Shown in pieces: positions 25,389 through 37,879 of a DNA stretch of 64,000 bases. Position 1 is the first letter of the stretch; the number at the start of each line of letters is the position of its first letter. The stretch is from the NCBI RefSeq assembly GCF_006345805.1, contig NC_042997.1, forward strand, positions 87,544,001 to 87,608,000, in the 5' to 3' direction. Made by a program: the position numbers and the translations under genes. Source of the DNA: Octopus sinensis (lineage: Eukaryota). Below the pieces are notes generated by a model. It worked only from the letters and a program-made list of their open reading frames with translations, was not told where the DNA came from and made no database searches.

Positions 25389-27373
25389 CTGAAAAAGATT
25401 TAACATTGCAGCCAACATCTGAACTTGTTTGAACAGTTCTGGTGTTTAATGTATTATTCATTGGAATAATCTATAGACTTTAGTTCAAAAACATGATGCA
25501 AGCAATAATATGTAGCTTGAGTTTTAGAAGCTGTTCAAATAAAATGTAATCCAGTTGATCAAAGAAAGGTACTAGCTGATAAAGATTCTGTTCATGCAAA
25601 GGACAGCATGAATATTGCATGTATGGCAGGGTGTCACATATGTAATTATAGTGAGTTGTAAAACTTCATTCAGCTGAGATCATCCAAGCAAATAATAAAC
25701 AAAAGCTCCCTTTAGGTGTATTTGAAATCTGAAAACAAGATCATTTTTTTTTATCAAAGTTTTTGAACAGTAGTCAAGACAGGTTGGAGTTGTCTCCTAT
25801 GCTTGTTGTTTTCAGGTTGTAAGCATTCCAGAAAAAGGGTTTTTGACAAGTAATTGCTTAGGTAGTTTCAACCTTATATTACATATGTGAGACCCTATCA
25901 TATTTGTTTCTAGCATGACAAGTTATTTTCTGTCAGCCATACAGCGAAAATTACATACATTTGAATCAGTGTATTATAGAGTTATGGAACCACATCATTA
26001 GATACAAACAGACGATCAGAAATATACAGGAAAAAGAAGTTTAATATATTCTTCCATTTTACATTTTCTCCCATGCTTCTGGGGGAGGAAAATGCAAAAC
26101 AGTTCAAGACTAAGTGGATAATACATGCAAACAGTATTACTATACATGTCAAGCAGAAACTGTTCATTTCACTTTGACTAAATAAATGCTGTGAAAGACC
26201 AAACGGTTTTTTATAAATATTTTATTAGTTTTAAACCAGTGTTATCCATCAATAGATGTTTAATTCTGTTGACTTCAAGGAAATGAGACTTTTTAACTTT
26301 TATGTTTTCCCAAAGAACATTAGTAATATCAGTGAATGAAATAGATACAAATATGTTAAATGCATTACTATCATTATCATGATCATCATGATTATGATCA
26401 TCCTCATTTAATCTTCATGTTCCTGGCTTATGTGTGTTGGCTGGTTTGACAGGATCCAAAGGGACCTGAGAACTGCATCACAATCCAGTGTTTGCTTTGT
26501 CTTGGTTCCTACAACTGGGTGCCCTTCTTAAAACCAACTATTTTACAGTGTGTACTGGGTACTTTTTTCATGCCACCAGCATCAGTGAAGCTGTCATGCA
26601 GTTTACAAGATTACGAACCCCCAAGGATACTACTTAATGTCAGGAGATAAGAGACAAAGGATGAGTAAAAGTATGAGAGAAGGGGCCAGAGTAGAAACAG
26701 GTTTCTTGCTGTAGAGGAGCTTCATGACAACTATAACAATTCATACTTTACAAGAGAGAGTGGGACTGATTGTTAGGTACTGGAGAGTGATGAAATATGG
26801 GTGGGAATTAGATAACTGACACTGCTGGGCAGCAGACTAGTAATGATGAGATTGTAAAGAGGATACTATACAATCTAAACTCATATTTTCTTCTGCTATT
26901 TATCATCATTTGGACAACCTTTGTCTAAAGTGTATTTGCATATCATTTGAACAAGTGTTTCAGGATTAAATGGGCTTCTTATTGCTAAGCATGCAATTAT
27001 TAAATAACAATAAAACCTAGTTTACTAGCTTTTATTCTTATTCTTAGGTAATCTGAGTTGTCTAAATGCAAAGCAATAATCAGAACATGATTAGAATTTA
27101 TATTCTTGTATTCTTTCATTGGTTTCAATCACTGGACTCTGGCCATGCTTGGATATCATCTGTAAGGTTTCAGTCGATTATATTGCTCTTAGTGCTTTGT
27201 ATGCTTATCCTTTTGCCAGTCTCAGAGGTAGAAACAGGTAAACTTGACTTCGATAAAAGAATGTGGCTGCATCAAAATAGAGTACTGTGTGATATATTCT
27301 TATTTGACACACCATTTATTCTTACCCTACTCTCTGTCAAACACACACATACACAAACACTCATACATTAACT

Positions 27374-28210
27374 TTCTATGAAGAAAAGAAGAAAGGAAAA
27401 AAACATTCCATGAATTTACTCCAGAGTGTAATTATTTCCATTTTTAATGAAAGGTCTTACTTCATAAAATGTTTAATTAATAATCATAAGTTATGTCATG
27501 CTGTTGATATCTAGAAAGAATGAAATATCATTATGCATGATTACCAACTACTAGTAATTTGAAGAACATCATAATAAGTAAATATATATAGGTATAATTA
27601 TGTGAATTCTATGCATTTTTTTTCCTTATGATTTCTTAATTTCGATTTTAAATTTCCAATCCTGCTTCATAATGTAACAAATTGATGATATATGTTGTAA
27701 TATCTGCAACTATTAGGGAATAATCTATGTCTGTAATTTTGTGAAAATGTAATTTAAACTGTTGGCAATGATCAAGGTGTGCATGTGTTTATGATAGGTA
27801 TTTGTTCCACTGCACACCTGAAGGAATGCCACTCAGAATAAAGCAGCTTGAAACGAATGTCTACATCTCAAAGAATATATCAGAAAATGTTTGTTGTTAA
27901 AACTGAAATTATTGGCTAATAAATAATATTTTCATCAGGTAGAATTCCCTGGAAATAGTTATTGCTCTCTATGTAAACATTAAGAACTTTCTATTCTCTT
28001 GATTCCTAATCTACTACCATTCTATGAAGAAAAGAAGAAAAAAAGACATGTTCCACAATTTTCCTCTTGACTAATTATTTCCATCTTCAATAAATTGTTT
28101 CCTTTCATAAAATGTTTAATTGATATGTGACTGGTTATGTTATGCTGATGATTTCTAAAAAGAATGAAATAATGCTATACTTGATGACCGATGACTAATG
28201 ATAGTTTACT
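27374..28210 (+). repeat. Local diverged direct duplication of about 185 bp (27374-27560 and 28020-28210)
   Basis: Both start TTCTATGAAGAAAAGAAGAAA and share TAATTATTTCCAT, TTCATAAAATGTTTAATT and AGAATGAAATA. Confidence 0.75.
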
Positions 28211-28972
28211 GAAATACACATACACACACATCCATATGTACTGTAGTTGACCTGAGGACATGGTTGAATTAACAGAGTCAATAGAATATTGGATAGAATA
28301 CCTTGTGGTATTAGTTTTGGCTGATTGTGCTCTGAATTCAATCCCATGGAGGGAGGCTAGCTTTGCCTTTCAACCCTTATTCAATAAAACATCAAGTAAG
28401 GATTGAGATCAAGTTCTCTTTCTGTCTTTCTCTGTTCAATGTGAAATGACTATGAAAGAAGCATTTTGGGACCACCACTTTCTGGACACAGCAAGAAGAT
28501 GGTCGGCAACTGCAACTCTTGGAGTAACAGTGGGGGTGAAGAAGTGGTTCAAATTTTCTTTCTGGAGTGGAGTAACATTTGTACTGGGTTATTGTTGAAT
28601 GTGTGAAGGTGTGTAACCTAGTGATCATGATCATAAGATCATGGATTCAATTAGTGTACCAAATAGTGCATTGTGTCTTTTAAGCAAGGCACTTTATTTC
28701 AGGTTACCTCAGTCAATTCAGCTGTAAATGAATACCAGACAGGGCATGCTGGCACAGCTCTCTTCCTTCAGTCACATCCTTGATGTGCTGTTGCGACAAA
28801 GGTGAAGAGACTGAGAGAGGGTCTACATCTGCTCATGGCCTAAAACAATTAGTGAAAGCATCACACATGTTACCAAACTATACTCACTCATTTGTGATGA
28901 CTGGCTCTGCTGTAAGATTGTTGTATATGACTATATTGTCATTTCACCATTGATAGTTGTTGAGCAGTACAT

Positions 28973-29162
28973 TTGTGGCTATGCTGGAGCACAGCCTTTA
29001 GTCGAACAAATCGATCCCAGGACTTATTCTTTGTAATCTTAGTACTTATTCTATTGGTCTCTTTTGCTGGGCGTTAAGTTACGGGGACGTAAACACACCA
29101 ACATCGATTGTCAAGCAATGGTGGGGGGGACAAACACAAACACACAAACATATATACATATA

Positions 29163-29247
<85 letters not shown>

Positions 29248-29380
29248 GACTGGCTTCTTTCAGTTTCCATCTATCAAATCCACTCACAAGGTTTTAGTTG
29301 GCCTGAGGCATGCAGTGGGATTGAACCCAGAGCCATGTGATTGGTTACCAAGCTACTTACCACACAGTCACTCCTGCTCC
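28973..29380 (-). mobile_element. SINE family B
   Basis: Reverse-complement match to family B, with internal (TA)n. Confidence 0.8.
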
Positions 29381-30369
29381 TGGAAGACCTTAAAAAATTT
29401 TTTTGAAATAATAAATAGCGTCCATGGATCAATTCAATTCACTATGGAACTGAATGATATCTTAATAATTAAAGAGACTGAGATTATAACAACTGACCTC
29501 TATTACAAAAAAACAGACACACACCAAAATTTGAACTTCAGATCTTGCCATCCTTCCCATACAAAAAGGAACATACCCTTTAATATGGCAAGATGAATAT
29601 GTACAGTAGTTCTGGAGACAAACAGAAGAGAAAGACGACTTGCAGAGCTTAACTTGTTCCTTAAAAAATAAAAATATCCCACCAAATGATAACTAAAGCT
29701 AAAAATGTCCCAATCTCTACATTAAGAAGAAAAAACACTCACACTGAGGATAAACGGAAAAATGAACATAAAAATATCCCATTTGTTATCACTCGCAATC
29801 CCAGGAACCACAATATTCTACAAGCAACCAAACACCTTCTACCAATTCTACACCAGTCCCCATGTCTCCGACAAATAATCAAGGAACAATAAATAATCAA
29901 CAGCCAAAGGCAACCACCTAATCTTAAGAAACTTCTAACCAAAGCAAGATTTGCATAAGAGAAAGAAATGATGCAAGTTACCAAATGTGGAGATCTCCTA
30001 TGTGGGACATGTGATTTAATAGAACAGGGACCAGCCAAAAAATTCAAGAATGGAAAAGAATTAAAGGTGAATGCAAATATGAACTGTAAAAGCAAAAACC
30101 TGATATATTGGATCACATGCCCACAATGCAATGAACATTATATTAGGGAAGCAAAAACAAAGCGAATCAACTGGGTAAATGTGCACAGACATCAAATAAA
30201 ACATCCTGCACTTAGATGCATACCATGTAACAATCATTTGGACACCTGTGCACAAGGAAAATTTACAATTTTCCTTCTTCATAAAATAAATGAAGAGAAT
30301 GACCTTCTCTGGAAGGCAAAAGAAGAATATTTCATAAGATTTCTGAGTCCAAAACTAAACCAGAAATAG
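29381..30369 (+). pseudogene. Penelope-like element, RT thumb plus GIY-YIG endonuclease, lineage 1
   Basis: SIQFTME...TDLYYKKTDTHQNLNFRSCHPSHTKRNIPFNMAR; RQPPNLKKLL; CG..C.TC motif; CKSKNLIYWITCPQCNEHYI...VHR...NHL...E..FI....PKLN. Confidence 0.9.
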
Positions 30370-30529
30370 TCAACATCAGTTTTACTGAAAACAACTTTCA
30401 CGATCACATCTATAAAAGCAAAAGCCACACACATTTTGTGAAATCTCTTCCCAAAGGTTGGTGTGTGTTTTGACTTTCTAAAAAAGTTCTTTTCTCAATC
30501 TTAAATCTTTGAGAAAAAACTCTCCAAAT

Positions 30530-30560
<31 letters not shown>

Positions 30561-30564
30561 CATA

Positions 30565-30935
30565 TCAGCATGGCTGTGTAATAAGTAGCTTGCTTACCAG
30601 TCCCTTTGTGTGGCACCTTGGGCAAGTATCTTCTACTATGGTCTTGGGCTGGCCAAAGCCTTGTGAGTGGATTTGGTAGACAGAAACTGAAAAGGCCCAT
30701 CATGTATATACATACATATATGTGTTTGTGTGTGTGTGTGTGTATGTGTGTATGTTTGTGCATCTGTACTTGCACCCCCCCACCATTGCTTGACAACCGA
30801 TGTTAGTGTGTTTACATCCTTGTAACTTAGCAGTTCGGCAAAAGAGATTGATTGAAAAAGAATAAGTCCTGGGTTCGATTTGTTTGATTAAAGGCAGTGC
30901 ACCAGTATGGCTGCAATCAAATGACTGAATCAAAT
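30565..30935 (+). mobile_element. SINE family B with internal deletions
   Basis: Similarity to the other family B copies. Confidence 0.8.
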
Positions 30936-31430
30936 AAAAGAATAAAAGAAAAGAATATATTATATATTATATATATATTATATTTTATATGTGTATAAGT
31001 ATATATATATATATTTGTGTATGTGTGTGTATATATAAATTTTCTTTGAGTTTTATCTCAATTCCTATGACGTATGTATTTATGCATATATGTATGTAAA
31101 TATATATATATGTGTATGTGTGTATGTGAGTAAATATATAATGTATTTGTTTATATAGAATTATATGTATATATATATGTGTGTGTATGTGTATATGTGT
31201 GTGTGAGCGTGTGCATGTGTCTCATCCTTGAGAACTAGTGATAGTTTTTTTACAGCCCTGTAACTGCAGTTTAGTAAAAGTGACTGATGTACCAGACTTT
31301 AAAAAAATTAACTACTGGGGTCGATATAATTGACAAAACCCTTCAAGGCAGTGCTCATGCATGGCTGCAGCCCAATACTGGAAGCAACTCAAAAATAAAA
31401 GATGTAGAATTTTGGTTGGATATGGCTGGT

Positions 31431-31650
31431 TTAACACTTTAGCATTTAAACTGACCATATCCAGCCAAAATAATTCACCTCTTTTAGCTTCAAACTGGTC
31501 TCTCACACTTACTCTACAATATTGTTCTAAAAATAAAAAATATCACATCATTGAAATCTCAAGGCTACATGGTAAAACATAACAAATTCATATCAATGTG
31601 AATGAATAAGCATTACATTTGACAGAGAAACCTGAATGATGAAGGGTTAA
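31431..31650. mobile_element. piggyBac-type MITE (TTAA-C(C/A)CTTTAGCATT termini)
   Basis: TTAA at both ends with imperfect TIRs; opposite-orientation copy at 54435-54651 and a fragment near 33304. Confidence 0.7.
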
Positions 31651-32584
31651 ACAAAAGTTAACTGCTGTCTGACTGTAACCCTCTGTCTTAGTTGTCATTA
31701 CTTGTTGTACCAAAGTTGCCTCATTTTCCTCCCTTTCTTGCTTAGCAAGCGGTTAACCTTTGGTATAACCTTGACAGAATAATTTCTACCAGTTTAAATT
31801 CACATGCATTATCTGATTTTTTTTCCTGATGGCTAGTTATATGCTGCAACACATTTGGTTCTACAACTCAAATTATTCCATTGATATGAACATTTTCTAC
31901 ACACATTATGTAATTGACTTTGTAAAACATGAAAATATATAAGTACAATGTTCTTTCTACACTTTTACAAGAATACAAAGTATCTGGATGATTTTATGTG
32001 TGCGCATTTTAACAAATTCATTTATGTAAATCTTGTCTTGTTTGATGTCATTTCTTACTGAATTCTGACCTATCTTGAATTTTTATTCACAAACCACATG
32101 CTGTGTAATTATCATAGTATTTTTCTGTGGACAAGATCAGAAGAGGTTATGTTTTTTTGTTATAGTATAAGAAATAAAAACAAATTCATATATAATCTAT
32201 TATTGTTGTTATATCTGTAAAATCTATTGATCTCCTGCATATTCATTGACGAGGTGTTAAATTCTTACTGTACTATCATTATATTTCCTTTTTTTTTGTG
32301 ATGTAAAGTTTGATTATTACTTTATTTCTTGATTGTTCCTTTTCTAAAATTTCTAAAAAAACTTCCATATTGTAGGGTGGAATATTTTGTCTTTATTTTA
32401 TTTTCACTATTAATAAAATGCTATGTATTTAACTTCGCAAATGAAAACATGAAATAATGTATAGTGATGTGTTTACTCTGCTGATAAAAAGCATGATGAT
32501 GAATTTGCTGATTATATAATAGCTCACCTTACAATGAAAATAGTAGGCAATGAAATTACAGGCAATATATATTTACTGTTTAAG

Positions 32585-32770
32585 GTGGGGAGCTGACAGA
32601 ATCGTTAGCATGCTGGGCAAAATGCTAAGTAGCATTTCATCTGTGGCTGACTTTGCCTTTCATCTTTTTGGCATTGATAAAGTAAGTAATAGTTGAACAC
32701 TGGGATTGATGTAATCGACTAATTTCTCTCCTGAACTTGCTACTTTGTGCCAAAATTTAACACCAATATG
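32585..32770 (+). mobile_element. SINE family A, diverged
   Basis: GGGAGCTGACAGAATCGTTAGCATGCTGGGCAAAATGCT... head. Confidence 0.75.
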
Positions 32771-33034
32771 TATTTACTGATCTATAGTTAGTCACAATGA
32801 ATTTACACTGAACCTATTGTGAAGCTGTCTATATTTGCAACATAGTGCCAAATTCAATTTCCAGATAGAGGCATTTCATGACAACTCCCTCAGCCAAATA
32901 AACTTGTCCCTTATAAGACAACTTGGTTGATATATCAGCCACTTTTATTTTAGAAAGATGAGTTATCTCTCTGAAAAAATATATAATTTTCATAACTTCA
33001 TCAACCTCATCCATCTTCTCCTCCACCTTCTATT

Positions 33035-33240
33035 TCTTGGAAGATCATGGGGATAGAGTCCTCAGGCACCCCTTCCATAGGGCCCTATCAGAAGCAACCA
33101 CCCCTGGAAATTCCAGTTGGATTCCCAAGCATGACCAACTGGGACTATGTATATTATCCAACCATCTTGTTCTTGGTCTACCCTAGTTCTCCTGCAAATT
33201 GGTTTGGCATGAAGAATTTGTCATGGGATTATTTCCAGTG
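33035..33240 (-). mobile_element. RTE LINE ORF C-terminus
   Basis: Minus strand: GRPRTRWLDNIHSPSWSCLGIQ...ASDRALWK. Confidence 0.7.
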
Positions 33241-33374
33241 ACATTCTAATCTCATGTCTGTAGTAAAGGAGTCAAGAGCTCTCAATGAAATGAGTTAAGG
33301 AAGTTAATCCTTTAGCATTCAGATTATTTTGTCAAATGCTTATTTATTCACATTGCTTTGAATGTAGACATTCA

Positions 33375-33416
33375 ACTATGGACATATTTCATTACATTCA
33401 ACTTCATCAGCATAGT
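33375..33416 (-). ncRNA. Type I hammerhead motif
   Basis: Minus strand: ACUAUG-CUGAUGA-A-GUUG(AAUG)UAAU-GAA-AUAUGU-C-CAUAGU. Perfect 6-bp stem I, GUC triplet, stem III one change from the ACAUGU palindrome. Confidence 0.6.
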
Positions 33417-34364
33417 ATAGAGTTATTTCTTTAACATTTTCTAATTTTTTTGTATAAAATACACTAGCTGAAAATTACACACAACTCTTTTCCTAAATTG
33501 AAATGGAAATCTTTATGAATTTTACAAGTGGACTTAAGCAGAGTATACTATGCTTATGTCATCTAATATAATTGTCCCTTGCTTGCAAAATCTAATTTCA
33601 TTTCTTTAAGCATGTAAATTAACTCTGAGGGATTCATTTTTAATTTCTCGAAATTATCTCCCAACTTCTTTGATAGTTTCTAACTGTTGTCACTAGGTTT
33701 GATTTTTTTTTTCCCCAACTAAATTAATTGAAAATTGTTTCTATGCAGTAACATAATTTATCTATTGCAGTACAAAAATTCATTCTGAAAAGAATTTTAA
33801 ATATTAACACTCGTATTCCTTTTGTATTTTGCAAAATTGATTCCATTTTCTTTAGCATCTTTCTTTAGTGTATAAGCCAACACCTTTAAACTTTATCTCT
33901 AGAGGTATACAAATATCACATAATTCTATTCCCTTTCTCTATAAATCTTGGGCCTTATGTTCTATATAAGAAATCAATAAATCTTCCTCTTCACCACCAC
34001 CACCACCACCACTGCCGCCACTGCCCCCCCCCCCACCACCAATAACAACAATCTTGTGTCAGAATCATGAAAGAAATGCTTTAAATTGATTTATTAGATA
34101 TGTTTGGAATTAAGGAACATGACTTGAACTATTTCTGATAACTCAGAGTTTATCTGAAAGATTAAGCCTATCAGTTAGGTTAAGCTGTATTTGGAATTTG
34201 TCACTAGTGAAATGAAATGGAAGACATTTTATAATCTGCTTTATGGAGAATTTACTGCACAATATACTTAATAGAATAAAGTAAATTTTCTGCAAAAATT
34301 TAACTGGTTAAATTCTAGTTTGAGTAAGAGTCAAAATATGTTTCATTACATAAGCATGATAAGA

Positions 34365-34770
34365 GTGGCAAGCTAGCAGAGTCATTAGCATGCTGGGATA
34401 AATGCTTAATGGCATTTTGTCCATCTGCACATTCTGAGTTCAAATTCCACCAAGGTTAACTTTCCATTTCATCGTTGAGTACTGAGGTCAATGTAATTGA
34501 CTATACCCCTCCCCCAAACGTCAGGCCTTGTGCCTATAGTAGAAAGCGTTATGTAAGCATGATAAGAACGACAAGCTGGCAGAATCATTAACATTTCAGA
34601 GAAAGTGCTTAGCAGCATTTCTTTAGACTTTACATTGTGAGTTCAAATTCTGCCAAGGCTGACTGCCTTTCATCCTCTCAGGATTGATAAAATAAGTATC
34701 ATTTGAACACTAGTGGATCAATGCAATCAACTAGCTTCCTCCTCCAAAATTCCAAGTCTTGTGCCTAGAG
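34365..34770 (+). mobile_element. Tandem dimer of SINE family A
   Basis: Two units each preceded by AAGCATGATAAGA(G/A). Confidence 0.8.
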
Positions 34771-35112
34771 TAAAGGGTAAAGACCCCCTTCAGTCATGAA
34801 TGACCATGGGATTGCACCTAGAAAGTTACCCTCCTAGACACAAGTCCGGGCAAGGTTGTTTATGGAAGACCAGCAGTCGCCCATGCATACCAGCCTCCCC
34901 TCTCCATGCCACCAGTGTTATCCAAGGGAAAGACAAAGGTCGATACAGCTTGGCACCAGTGACGTCGCAACTCATTTCTACAGCTGAGTGAACTGGAACA
35001 ACGTGAAATAAAGTGCCTTGCTCAAGAACACAACACACAGCCCGGTCCGGGATTCGAGCTCACAACCTCACGATCGTAAGCTCGATGCTCTAACCACTGA
35101 GCCATGTGCCTT
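34770..35112 (-). mobile_element. Young tRNA-derived SINE (family C-type head, distinct tail)
   Basis: GGCACATGGCTCAGTGGTTAGAGC...GAGCTCGAATCCCG...GTGTTCTTGAGCAAGGCACTTTATTTCAC; CpGs retained. Confidence 0.85.
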
Positions 35113-35159
35113 CACGATGTGCCTAGAGTAGAAAGAATTATATATGTATTCATTATGGG

Positions 35160-35370
35160 TGATGAGCTGGCAGGATTGTTAGAGTATCAGAAAAAAAAGT
35201 TTGTTCTGATTCTTTTCATTTTGAGTTCAAATCCAACTAAGGTCATCTCAGTCATTCATTTCTATGGAGTTGGTAAGATAAAGTGCGAGTCCAATACTAG
35301 GCTTGAAGATACTAAGTAGCCCCCATCCTCTCAAAATTGTTGACCTTGAGCTCAAATTAGAAACCATTAT
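35160..35370 (+). mobile_element. SINE family A, diverged
   Basis: GAGCTGGCAGGATTGTTAG...GAGTTCAAATCC. Confidence 0.7.
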
Positions 35371-35384
35371 GTATTCTTTTATTC

Positions 35385-35760
35385 TATTACTTGCTTCCGT
35401 CATTTAACTCTGGCCATGCTGGAGCATCACCTTAAAGGCTTTTAGTCGAAGAAATCAACCCCAGGACTTATGCTTTTCTAAGCCTAGTACTTATTCTATT
35501 GGTTTCTTGTGCTGAACCACTAAGTTACAAGAACAAGTGATGGCAGGGAGGCAAACACAGTCACACACATATAAATATATACATAATATATATGACGGGC
35601 CTCTTTCAGTTTCTCTCTACCAAATCCACTCACAAGACTTTGGTTGGCCTGAGGCCATAGTTGAAGACACTTGTCCAAGGTGCTACACAGTGGGACTGAA
35701 CCTGGAACCATGTGGTTGGGAAGCAAGCTTCTTACCACACAGCTACAGCCACACCTGCAT
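35385..35760 (-). mobile_element. SINE family B
   Basis: Reverse-complement match. Confidence 0.8.
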
Positions 35761-35904
35761 GTATGATTATATATGGTTGGTATTAAGGAAGGCATTTGGT
35801 TGCAGAAACCATGCCAAAATAGACACTGGAATATTATGCAGTTCTTGGCTCCATTGGATCCTATCAAACCATCCAACCCATGGTAGCACCAAAGACAAAT
35901 ATTG

Positions 35905-36100
35905 GTTTCAAATTTTGGCACAATTTTAGAGCAGGAGTATGTTGATTACATTGACCCCAGTGCTCAATTGGTACTTATTTTATCAAGCCTGAAAGGATGA
36001 AAGGCAAAGTTGACTTAAGCAGAATTTGAACTCAGGATGTAAAGATGGATGGAATGTTGCTAAGTATTTTGTGGGCATGCTAATGTTTCTGCCAGCTCAC
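35905..36100 (-). mobile_element. SINE family A
   Basis: Reverse-complement match. Confidence 0.8.
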
Positions 36101-36807
36101 CACCCTATCAAAGATGAATATTAAGACCACCATGAATATATATGGATGATAATATATGCATGGTTATGTATATATGATTATTTATGCATAGCCAGAAGTC
36201 AAATAATGTTTGAAAGGAGTTAGTCATGAAAATTGTTAATAATGAAGACAACATTCAAAATGTATTAATGCAAAAAGTGTTTGTTCTCTTGCTCGATGAG
36301 AACAGTTAGGTGTAGCACAACATGCTAAGGGCAGAATACAGTAAGGAGTTGAATTGGATGTGTATGATGGTGTTGGTGTGTTCTGTATTGGTGTTGCTTG
36401 TGCTGTTTAGTCATGTGCTTTTGTTTCATTATATGGCAAGGTTGGGATGATGTATGGTAGCATTAGTGTATTATTATTGTAATTTTGGGAAGCTGTATAT
36501 AGCATTGTCACTTGGGGTTGTGGTAGCATGTACTGGGGCAGTGATTATGTCATGTATGACATTATAGGTGTATGACATTGTTGATGTGTTGTCTAGTACA
36601 GAGAAGTTGATATATTCTTTTATTTGTTTCAGTAATTTTGACTGGGCATGCTGGAGCACCTCCTTTAGTTGAACAAATCAACCCCAGGACTTATTCTTTG
36701 TAAGCCTGGTACCTATTCTATCAGTCTCTTTTGCTGAACTGCTAGCTTATGGTGGTCAAGTCATGGTGGGGAGACAAACACAGAGACACAAATACATACT
36801 TACATAT

Positions 36808-36838
<31 letters not shown>

Positions 36839-37345
36839 ATATATATATATATATTTATAATTATAATAAAGGGTTATTTGCAACAAGTTGCTTAAACCAC
36901 ATACCGAAAATATTAGAAATAGCAGCCAAATAGGTTACCATTACTATTACTACAAAAATAAGTCTCCACAAACAACAGTATTTGTAGCCCGTATATGGTA
37001 AAAAGAAGGAAGACAATGAAATCACACATTCTACTTTGGATCAATTATGGATGATCGTTTCTGGATTAGAATCGAAAATTCATTTCCTTATCAACATAAT
37101 ATTTCCTATAAATCTAGAAATCTAGGAAAAAACTCACCAATTACATTATTCGATCAGGCGACATTGAACGATATAACAGTCTGCCAGCATCTCCACATTT
37201 ATATAGACAAGCGAATTCGTATCTCCCTCCAAAATTTCACCACGTGAGTTACAAAAACAGTACCACAGAAACGAAGTTTCGCAGATTCATTGTAAGGGAG
37301 TAATAGTATATATGTGTGTGTGTGTGTGTGTGTATAATATATATG

Positions 37346-37655
37346 AAGGCACGTGGCTTAGTGGTTAGGGCATTCGGCTCACGATTGTAAGGTCGTGAGT
37401 TCAATTCCCTGCGACGCGTTGTGTCCTTGAGCAAGACACTTTATTTCACATTGTTCCAGTCTACTCAGCTGGCAAAAATGAGTTGTACTTGTATTTCAAA
37501 GGGCTAGCCTTGTCACACTCTGTGTCATGCTGAATCTCCCTGAGAACTACGTGTCTGTGGATTGGTCAGTCACTTGCACATTAATTTCATGAGCAGGCTG
37601 TTCCGTTGATCGTATCAGCTGGGACCCTCGTCGTCGTAACCGACGGAGTGCTCCT
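37346..37655 (+). mobile_element. tRNA-derived SINE family C, near full length
   Basis: GGCACGTGGCTTAGTGGTTAGGGCATTCGG...GAGTTCAATTCCC...TGTGTCCTTGAGCAAGACACTTTATTTCAC. Confidence 0.85.
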
Positions 37656-37879
37656 TTTTTGTATATATGATGGGCTTCCGTCAGTTTCCATCTTCCAAAT
37701 CTACTCACAGGGCTTTGGTCAGCCCAAGGCTATAGTAGAAGACATTTGCCCAAGATGCCATGCAGTGGGATTAAACTCAGAACCATTTGGTTGGAAAGCG
37801 ATATATGTATATCACTTGCCATTTGGTTGTAAAGCAATATATATATATATATATATATAATATATATATATATATACAC

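Noticed and set aside
25982-26167. 61-aa ORF with a signal-peptide-like hydrophobic N-terminus
   Set aside because: Short, no homology recognised, and hydrophobicity is expected from T-rich strands.
37346-37420. tRNA gene calls for SINE heads
   Set aside because: A/B boxes are present, but there is no closed cloverleaf or acceptor stem and they continue into SINE bodies.
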